From positions 1 through 64,000 of the forward strand of contig NIVC01003675.1 of NCBI GenBank assembly GCA_002269645.1: 64,000 nt of DNA, written 5' to 3'. Of the stretch, positions 1 through 9,413 are shown one piece after another. How positions within the stretch are numbered: position 1 is the first letter of the stretch; every line of letters starts with the position of its first letter. The translations under genes were made by a program, and so were the position numbers. Under the pieces are notes generated by a model, which worked only from the letters and a program-made list of their open reading frames with translations, made no database searches and had not been told where the DNA came from. The DNA is from Macrostomum lignano. Its lineage: Eukaryota.

Positions 1-350
1 TGACTCACTCTCACGGTCACTCTCTGGCTTTCACACACTCATGACTCACTCTCACGGTCACTCTCTGGCTTTCACTCACTTATGACTCACTCTCACGGTC
101 ACTCTCTGCTTTCACATACTCACTCTCACGGTCACTCTCTGGCGTTCACACACTCACTCTCACGGTCACTCTCTGGCTTTCGCACACTCAAGACTCACTC
201 TCACGGTCACTCTTTGTCTTTGATACACTCACTCTCATGGTCACTCTCTGGCTTTCACACACTCCTTCATGGTCACTCTCTGGCTTTCACACACTCCTTT
301 TATGGTCACTCTCTTGCTTTCACTCACTCACTCTCATGGTCAGTCTCTGG
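1..350. repeat. Minisatellite, ~35-41 bp unit (TGACTCACTCTCACGGTCACTCTCTGGCTTTCACACACTCA), runs off the window start
   Basis: The unit recurs at 1, 42 and onward with decay. ORF 82..474 is its translation. Confidence 0.95.
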
Positions 351-631
351 CTGTGACTTTCTTAGTCATGTTTTCAGTCCATCTGCACTGATCGTCTCCT
401 TTTACTCTGTTTCCTCTCCCTCTCTGTCCAGTTCAATCTTGTTATTCTTATCTGTCTCCCTTGCTGCCTTCTGATTGGCTCTTCAATCTCGCCTAGCTCT
501 TTCCTTAGTCGCGCACTCCACCCTCGGGCCCTCCTTATCTTATCTTCACTCAAACCCCACCCCTTAGTTAATAACTTAAGTGTACCCATGAGCCGCATTG
601 ATATTCTTTAGACTATGTATATGGCTTTCCC

Positions 632-949
632 CATGGAAAAAAGAATAGAATGGAGTGCTAATCTGAGCCAGTTATTTTTATCTCGCTCGATTTTCGCTTT
701 TAACATCCCTTTCCCCTCGTTCCTTCCTATTGGCTGAAAGCATCGAGCGTATTTTGATGCGAGCTCATACTATGCTGGGACAGACCTTTCAGAGGGGAAC
801 GAAAACGAAAACGAGACGAAAAATACTTTGTCTATGGCAGTCACGAGCCAATAGGAAAGAACGGGGGGAAAGGGATGTTAAAAGTTAAGATCGAGCGAGA
901 TAAAAATAACTGGCTCAGATTAGCACTCCATTCTATTCTTTCCTCCATG
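632..949. mobile_element. Non-autonomous DNA transposon (MITE), P-superfamily-like, 318 bp
   Basis: ~105-bp imperfect TIRs (CATGGAAAAAAGAATAGAATGGAGTGCTAATCTGAGCCAG... / ...CTGGCTCAGATTAGCACTCCATTCTATTCTTTCCTCCATG). Perfect 8-bp TSD GCTTTCCC at 624-631 and 950-957. CATGG termini fit the CANRG pattern of P elements. Confidence 0.85.
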
Positions 950-982
950 GCTTTCCCTCACTCACTCTTACTTATACTGCAG

Positions 983-1149
983 GCATTTCAATGTACAAAG
1001 TGAAGTTTGGCAACAATCCAATTCAGCTGATGTTAAACAAGCTGGGCTATTCGTTAATCATGACTGGCTTAGCCTGCGGATCTGTGCTGGTGCTCACTTT
1101 CATTCTGGTTTCGAATCGATCGAACCGGCCTTCCGACAATGATAATTAA
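983..1149 (+). CDS. Possible terminal coding exon of an upstream gene, encoding a C-terminal hydrophobic anchor
   Basis: Acceptor CTTATACTGCAG at 982. Open frame ISMYKVKFGNNPIQLMLNKLGYSLIMTGLACGSVLVLTFILVSNRSNRPSDNDN*, with a ~20-aa hydrophobic stretch, followed by AT-rich UTR-like DNA. No upstream exon found in the window. Confidence 0.4.
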
Positions 1150-1344
1150 ATTGAATGTAGATTAACTGATTCGAATATTTTATACTGTTCTATAATGTTT
1201 AAAGTTTAAAAATGTTTCAACGGTATAAACAGGTTGTTTGTTTTAAATTTCTAACAAATTAGACTTCTAAACAAATTTAGAAGTTTGTTTTTTTCAGTTT
1301 TTCTGTCTGCATTATTTTTTGTGCCGTTTGACACAGAACTTCTA

Positions 1345-1870
1345 GACGTCTGACACTTTTTATGGGTGTCTGACATTAAATATGGGAGCTATCTGACACT
1401 AAATTTGGGGGCGTCTGACACTAAATATGGGAGCTATCTGACACTAAATTTGGGGGTGTCTGACACTAAATATGGGAGCTATCTGACACTAAATTTGGGG
1501 GTGTCTGACACGAAGTATTGTGACTATCTGGCACTAAATTTGGGGTGTCTGACACTAAATTTGGGGTGTCTGACACTAAATATGGGGGCTATCTAACGCT
1601 AACTTCGGATGCTATCTGACACTAAATTTGCCTTTCTGTCTGACACAAATTTTGTGGGCTATCTGACAGAAAATTTAGGTGCTATCTGACACTAAATTTA
1701 GGGTCTATCTGACACTAAATGCGGACGCTATCTGACATTTAATCGTGTCTATTAATTGTAGGGGCCACCTGACATTAAGTGTCGGGGTTATCTGATACTA
1801 AATACACAGTTATCTGACACTTAACTAAGCAATCTGTCATAATATTTTGCTCTATATCTGACACTAAGGC
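1345..1870. repeat. Minisatellite, ~23 bp unit (TATCTGACACTAAATTTGGGGGC), decaying rightwards
   Basis: Repeated TCTGACACTAAAT core, roughly 20 copies. ORF 1366..1596 is its translation. Confidence 0.9.
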
Positions 1871-2289
1871 CTCCTTCTCTAAGTTCTATACTTTTCACAA
1901 CTTTATATAGCTACTCAAAGAAACTCAATACTAGCTCGTAACAAATTATTGCAATGAGCCTCAATACCTACAGACAGAAATATTGCACCATTTGGTCCAA
2001 ATTAAGAATGCATATATCGATATCGAATTTCACACAAATCACCTGCATGCATTGAGTTGTCCTGTTTAAATAAACACCTAACTATGTGTATACAAGCTCC
2101 ACCGATAAAGAAATAGGAATACAGGAAGTTGGTCTGAAACTGGATATGTACCACCCATGCTGTACAGCGCAGCCTTCTTAAACCAAACCATTTGTTTTAA
2201 TCACACTCCTGAAACCTTCTTGCACACGATTGCTTTTCACTTTCTCCGCGAGAGACCTTCGGTACTACGGAAGGTAAGTTGTCTCCAAT

Positions 2290-2970
2290 TGGTCTCTAAC
2301 AGTTTGCATCTGCCCGTATCTAACAGTTTGCATCTGCCCGTGTCTAACAGTTTGCATCTGCCCCTGGTGTCTAACAGTTTGTATCTGCCCGTGTCTAACA
2401 GTTTGCATCAGCCCGTGGTGTCTAACCGTTTGTATCTAACCGTGTCTAACAGTTTGCATCTGCCAGTGTCTAACAGTTTGTATCTGCCCGTGTCTAACAG
2501 TTTGCATCAGCCCGTGGTGTCTAACCGTTTGTATCTAACCGTGTCTAACAGTTTGCATCTGCCAGTGTCTAACAGTTTGCATCTGCCCCTGGTGTCTAAC
2601 AGTTTGTATCTGCCCGTGTCTAACAGTTTGCATCAGCCCGTGGTGTCTAACCGTTTGTATCTAACCGTGTCTAACAGTTTGCATCTGCCAGTGTCTAACA
2701 GTTTGTATCTGCCCGTGTCTGACAGTTTGCATCTGCCCGTGGTGTCTAACAGTTTGCATCTGCCCATGGTGTCTAACAGTTTGTATCTGCCCGTGGTGTC
2801 TAACAGTTTGTATCTGCCCGTGGTGTCTAACAGTTTGTATCTGCCCGTGGTGTCTAACAGTTTGTATCTGCCCGTGGTGTCTAACAGTTTGTATCTGCCC
2901 GTGGTGTCTAACAGTTTGTATCTGCCCGTGGTGTCTAACAGTTTGTATCTGCCCGTGGTGTCTAACAGTT
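2290..2970. repeat. Minisatellite, 24/27 bp unit (GTGTCTAACAGTTTGTATCTGCCCGTG), filling a putative 5'UTR intron (2274-2981)
   Basis: Direct tandem units, flanked by donor AAG|GTAAGT at 2274 and acceptor TTTTTACCTCCAG| at 2981. Confidence 0.95.
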
Positions 2971-3066
2971 TTTACCTCCAGTTTTGCAATCCAGTTTAGA
3001 CATCCTTGATGCAGCAACACAGCCATAAACACACAAACTGCGCCAACACACACAAGGCTCGCGACC

Positions 3067-3345
3067 ATGCCCGAAAATTCGATGGAATCAATCGATGAAA
3101 TCTGCGACCTAATCAAAACTCGAGTCAAATTAACTGGCCTACACGTCTGGCTCATACTGGCGGCTGTTGCAATCTCCGTGCTGCTCAATCTCTGCCTCGC
3201 CATCCTGACAACTCATCTGTGTTTAACTAACCGGCGCTTGAACAGAAGCGGCGTGTACAAGGCTAATCCGTCCAGCGGTCGGCTGGTGTTTGACAACTGC
3301 ACCCGAGTGAGCTGGATGGGAGAAATTCCCAACTGCTCTCGGTGA
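3067..3345 (+). CDS. Small (92 aa) single-pass membrane protein of unknown family
   Basis: ATG in good context (CGACCATGC) with an in-frame stop upstream. TM-like segment VWLILAAVAISVLLNLCLAILTT followed by basic NRRLNR. Coding-like GC content and a plausible upstream spliced 5'UTR. Confidence 0.55.
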   Translation: MPENSMESIDEICDLIKTRVKLTGLHVWLILAAVAISVLLNLCLAILTTHLCLTNRRLNRSGVYKANPSSGRLVFDNCTRVSWMGEIPNCSR

Positions 3346-3718
3346 CGAACTGCAAGCCAAAAACGGCTGTTGCTGCTGCTGCTACTCCTCTCGGAAAATG
3401 ATAGTCGAAAATCAGCGATTTGAAGACTGAAAACTAATCTTTAACTCTCTCGCTGACAGCTAAAGCAGAATGAAGTTACTTACTCTCGCAAAATTTCCCG
3501 CATAATGTATTAGTAAGATAAGAAGTTTTCGCGTTTTTTCTTAGCACTTAATTCCTAATATGGCACGCACCTTGTGGACTCCGAATAAAAAAACGAGTTT
3601 GGATTTTGCACAGCGACAAGGAAGAAAATTTCCGGCGAAATTTCAGCAGTTCCAACTTGCAGAGGTGAACAACAACATGCTATTTGTGTAGGCGTACGAG
3701 CTATAATGTACAGTTATA

Positions 3719-4062
3719 GCCAGCGCCATTGAGAATGTACATGCACACGCCAGCTTTAGGCTGGAACACCGCGGGGGCTAAGGCAATAATAATGGGGTGG
3801 TGGGCCTAGCCAGCGCGATTGAGAATGTACACATGCAAGCTTTAGGCTGGAACACCGCGGGGGCTAAGGCAATAATAATGGGGTGGTGGGCCTAGCCAGC
3901 GCGATTGAGAATGTACACATGCAAGCTTTAGGCTGGAACACCGCGGGGGCTAAGGCAATAATAATGGGGTGGTGGGCCTAGCCAACGCCATTGAGAATGT
4001 ACACATGCCAGCTTTAGGCTGGAACACCGCGGGGGCTAAGGCAATAATAATAGGGTGGTGCG
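3719..4062. repeat. Tandem repeat, 86 bp unit x ~4
   Basis: GCCA(G/A)CGC..TTGAGAATGTAC...GGCTGGAACACCGCGGGGGCTAAGGCAATAATAATGGGGTGGTGGGCCTA starts at 3719, 3809, 3895 and 3981. Confidence 0.95.
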
Positions 4063-4974
4063 TGGGCGAAGGCTAGCTGAACAGGGCCTATATTGATTTG
4101 CAGTCTAAAATACTCAATTTTTGTTCTGTTCTAAAATTATGTAGAGATGTAGATTACTCTCTCTTTCAGCGTACTTTCGCTGTTTGCATTAATTAATTAA
4201 CGTTAATTTAATGATGTTTTACCAATAGTTTTAGCAATAGCGTCATTTTACTTTAGTTGCATGCAATGGTAAAAAAACTTGCACATCATCAAGATTACAT
4301 ATACAGATATGATCCAATCACAATTGCTTCAGTCATTTTGATCATTCATATCATCAATAATACATCAAATTAGTGACTATGAAATAACTGACCCATAAAA
4401 TCGTGAATATTATTAGTAATAAAATGTAACACACTTCTGCAGAGTTAACAACACAGGTGCACCGTAAAATGATACGGTGTAGCACACACAATCAAGTATA
4501 TTTTGCTATATAATAGGACCTATGCACACAAGCACATCTTGCTAGTGTCCACGGGAAAATCCTATCAAAATTCCAAATTTTAGCAGTACACTTAACCTAG
4601 TCAGGAATGTTATTGATTTAGTAAAAACATTTCATATTTACACAGCATAAAAGTAATAGTTAATGATAGCTAATAGATTAAAATAGTACGAATAGTTGAC
4701 AGAAGAAGTTCGCGATCATTGGAATTGTGTCAATTAGGCAATTATATTGAAGGAATGTATGTTACGTTTGAAAACACGGACCTTAATATAAATAGTCACT
4801 TTAGCAGCAGAGGCGGACATTGCAACACAATGGTAGAAATATGTTTATTTCAGTTCGATCAATTGATTGTTAGTAAAAACTTCCTTTACACACGCATGAA
4901 ATTATATAAAAAAATGTTATCAACATTTTAACAACTATCAATAGCAGCTCACTTTTACATTGACTGGGTGATGC

Positions 4975-5430
4975 AGTGTCTGTCCAAGTGTTTGTCCTAG
5001 TGAGTGTCTTAGTGTCTGTCCAAGTGTTTGTCCTAGTGAGTGTCTTAGTGTCTGTCCAAGTGTCTGTCTTAGTGTCTGTCTTAGTGTCTGTCTTGATGCC
5101 TGTCCTAGTGTCCTACTGCCTTAGTGCCTGTCCTAGTGTCTGCTTAAGTGTCTGTCCTAGCGAGTGTCCTAGTGTCTGTCCTAGTGCCTGTCCTAGTTTT
5201 TGTCCTAGTGTTTGTCCTAGTGCCTGTCCTAGTGCCTGTACTAGTGTCTGTCCTAGTGCCTGTCCTAGTGCCTGTCCTAGTGTCTGTCCTAGTGCCTGTC
5301 CTAGTGCCTGTCCTAGTGCCTGTCCTAGTGTCTGTCCTAGTGCCTGTTCTAGTGCCTGTCCTAGTGTCTGTCCTAGTGCCTGTCCTAGTGTTTGTCCTAG
5401 TGTTTGTCCTAGTGTCTGTCCTAGTGCTTG
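4975..5430. repeat. 12-bp microsatellite-like array (GTCCTAGTGTCT / GTCCTAGTGCCT), downstream of the Ig gene stop
   Basis: Direct tandem units. ORFs 4976..5539, 5144..5434 and 5148..5468 are its translations. Confidence 0.95.
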
Positions 5431-5521
5431 TCATTACGGAACGCAGGTCATCAGCACAGCCAGTTTAATGCATGCAAACAACTTCAGTCTTGTCAATCAA
5501 CAGTTGAAGGCTGAACACTGG

Positions 5522-8500
5522 TTAGTGAAACTTTGCTAGCAAAATCTGAACGATAATCAGCAGAGCAGCGGGCGCTGCAACCGAAGCCGGGGTGGCGATG
5601 TTCCGACTCGAACCTGAGCAGATGGCCGCGCCAGTTCGGCCGGGGACGGGCGTGTCCGAAGCTGCAGTTTTTTATGGCAACGGTTATTAAGGCTTAATTA
5701 ATTTATGGCCACGTAGAATAAGACTTTATTGCACGGACTATATAAATAAGGGTCTTCGATTCTTAGGTTGGATTAGTGTCATATCTCAGGGTGGATTAGT
5801 GTCATATCTCAGGGTGGATTAGTGTCATATCTCAGGGTGGATTAGTGTCATATCTCAGGGTGGATTAGTGTCATATCTCAGGGTGGATTAGTGTCATATC
5901 TCAGGGTGGATTAGTGTCATATCTCAGGGTGGATTAGTGCCATATCTCAGGGATGGATTAGTGTCATATCTCAGGGTGGATTAGTGCCATATCTCAGGGA
6001 TGGATTAGTGTCATATCTCAGTGATGGATTAGTGTCATATCTCAGGGTGGATTAGTGTCATATCTCAGGGATGGATTAGTGTCATATCTCAGGGTGGATT
6101 AGTGTCATATCTCAGGGATGGATTAGTGTCATATCTCAGGGTGGATTAGTGCCATATCTCAGGGTGGATTAGTGTCATATCTCAGGGTGGATTAGTGTCA
6201 TATCTCAGGGTGGATTAGTGTCATATCTCAGGGTGGATTAGTGTCATATCTCAGGGTGGATTAGTGCCATATCTCAGGGTGGATTAATGCCGTATCTCAG
6301 GGATGGATTAGTGCCGTATCTCAGGGATGGATTAGTGTCGTATCTCAGGGATGGATTAGTGCCATATCTCAGAGATTGATTAGTGCCATATCTTAGGATG
6401 GATTAGTGTCATATCTCAGGGATGGGTTAGTGCCATATCTCAGAGATGGATTAGTGCCATATCTTAGGATGGATTAGTGTCATATCTCAGGGATGGGTTA
6501 GTGCCATATCTCAGAGATTGATTAGTGCCATATCTTAGGATGGATTAGTGTCATATCTCAGGGATGGGTTAGTGCCATATCTCAGAGATGGATTAGTGCC
6601 ATATCTTAGGGTGGATTAGTGCCGTATCTCAGGGATGGATTAGTGCCATATCTCAGGGTGGATTAGTGTCATATCTCAGGGTGGATTAGTGCCGTATCTC
6701 AGGGATGGATTAGTGCCATATCTCAGGGATGAATTAGTGCAATATCCCAGAGATTGATTAGTGCCGTATCTTAGGATGGATTAGTGTCATATCTCAGAGA
6801 TGGATTAGTGCCATATCTTAGGATAGATTAGTGTCATGTCTCAGGGATGGATTAGTGCCATATCTCAGAGATGGATTAGTGCCATATCTTAGGATAGATT
6901 AGTGTCATATCTCAGGGATGGATTAGTGTCATATCTCAGGGTGGATTAGGCCATATCTCAGGGTGGATTAGTGCCATCTTAGGGTCAATTAGCTGCGATT
7001 CTCAAATAATACTAACAACAAAAATCGAAATCTCACCAGTCACTTGAATAGTGGCGCTACCAGTGCCATCCTTAACGGTGTTCATAGCGGAGCAGGTGTA
7101 GGTACCCACGTGTGATGATTCGAACGGGTAGATGAAGATAGACAGGTAGATGGTGGAGTCAGCGCCTCGCATGTGAAACAGGCGGACACTGAAAAAAGTA
7201 CGATTGAAATGAACAAATCAATTCTATAGTAGATAGCTATGTTCGGCAATCTCCGCCTTTAGGAAAGATTGGATTCGAAATATGAGAATGATTGAATTCA
7301 AAATTTCACCCTATAAGAGTGACCGAATTCAAAATCTCACCCAATAGAAATGACAGAATTCAAAATCTCCCTATAGGAATGATAGAATTCAAAATCTCTC
7401 CTTATAAGAATGACAGAATTCCAAATCTCATTCTATAAGAATAATAGAATTCAAAATCTCACCCTATAAGAATGACAGAATTCAAAATCTCACCCTATAG
7501 AAATGACAGAATTCAAAATCTCTCCTTATAAGAATGACAGAATTTCAAATCTCATTCTATAAGAATAATAGAATTCAAAATCTCATTCTATAAGAAGGAT
7601 AGAATTCAAAATCTCACTGCTATAGGAATGGCAGAATTCAAAATATCATTCATATAAAAAGACAGAATTAAAAATCTCATCCCCTCTCACCCGTTCGAGC
7701 CATCCTTGAGAGTTTCGCCTCCCTTAGTAACCGTGATGGCGCCCTGCGCAGGCTCCGGGTTGGCCTCAACAACGCACAGCAATTCGAGAGTACATCCGAA
7801 TTTCTGACTGGCCCTGGCGCCGTTTTCAAAACTGACAGCGGGCTTGAAGTTCACGCTGAGCCGCACGGGCCATTGGCTGGATCCGATTCGGTTAATAGCG
7901 TTGCAGATGTACGTGCCGCGATCCGAGGCCTGTAAGTGCCGAATATAATAATCAATTAGCTTGTCTGACTGCCTACTGGAAGTAGCCAAGTTAAGAAGCT
8001 CCTTTCTGCTGCTAGAAAACTTATCGTAATGAGGTTTGTCTACCTGGGGAATCTCTTCAATCTGAGGTTTGTCTACCTGGGGAATCTCACTAATCTCAGA
8101 TTTGTCTACCTGGGGAATCTCTACAATCTCAGGTTTGCCTACCTGGGGAATCTCACTAATCTCAGATTTGTCTACCTGGGGAATCTCTACAATCTCAGGT
8201 TTGCCTACCCGGGGAATCTCATCAATCTCAGGTTTGTCTACCTGGGGAATCTCTACAATCTCAGGTTTGTCTACCCGGGGAATCTCATCAATCTCATGTT
8301 TGTCTACCTGGGGAATCTCATCAATCTCATGTTTGTCTACCTGGGGAATCTCATCAATCTCAGGTTTGTCTGGGGAATGTCCTGGGGAATCTCATCAATC
8401 TCAGGTTTGTCTACTGGGGAAATCTCAATAATCTCAAACGTGTCTACCTGGGGTATCTCACTAATCTCAAAGGTGTCTACCTGGGGAATCTCACTAATCT

Positions 8501-9302
8501 CAGATTTGTCTACCTGGGGAATCTCACTAATCTCAGATTTGTCTACCTGGGGAATCTCACTAATCTCAGATTTGTCTACCTGGGGAATCTCACTAATCTC
8601 AGATTTGTCTACCTGGGGAATCTCACTAATCTCAGATTTGTCTACCTGGGGAATCTCACTAATCTCAGATTTGTCTACCTGGGGAATCTCACTAATCTCA
8701 GATTTGTCTACCTGGGGAATCTCCCTAATCTCAGATTTGTTTACCTGGGGAATCTCACTAATCTGAGGTTTGTGTATAACCGTCTCATACCTGCACAGAG
8801 TTGAAGAGAATCTCGCTGCCTTCCACCTGTCTGCCGTAGTCGCGGATAACCGAGCTGCTGCCGGCGGACCTCAGCCAGTACAGCCGGGGGGTCGGCATGC
8901 CGACCGCTTTGCAGCGCAGCCGGACGCTGTCCCCAACGCTGGCCGAAGTTTCAAACGACGTGTCCTGGATTTCGAATCTGGGCAGCTCGTACACGTGCAC
9001 CCGGCGAGAGCGGCGAATCTCTGTGGATCGATCGTCGTAGAACACCTCGCACATGTAGGTGCCCTCCGAGCTGTACGCTACGGACATGATCTCCAGGCGG
9101 ATGCTGAGCTGCGATGTGCCCTGGCAGCGTTCGGAATGGGTGCGGCTGAATTTGGCCTGGCTGTCTGTCTGGCTGTCTGTCTGTCTCAGTGTCTTAGTGT
9201 CTTAGTGTCTGTCTTTCTATCTTAGTGTGTCTGTCTGTCTTAGTGTCCGTCTGTCTGTCTATTTTAGTGTTTGTGTGTCCGTGCCTGTCTGTCCGTCTGC
9301 CA

Positions 9303-9369
<67 letters not shown>

Positions 9370-9382
9370 CAGTGTCTTAGTT

Positions 9383-9413
<31 letters not shown>

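Noticed and set aside
374-598. 74-aa minus-strand ORF
   Set aside because: Low-complexity purine-rich translation next to a repeat, with no motif or splice support.
4457-4490. Small hairpins (4460 and 13251) as Helitron 3' ends
   Set aside because: No CTRR terminus at the expected distance and no matching 5' TC end identified.
5768-6985. CRISPR-like appearance of regular 20-35 bp arrays
   Set aside because: Units are head-to-tail with no unique spacers, there are no cas genes, and the context is eukaryotic. The same applies to all other arrays.
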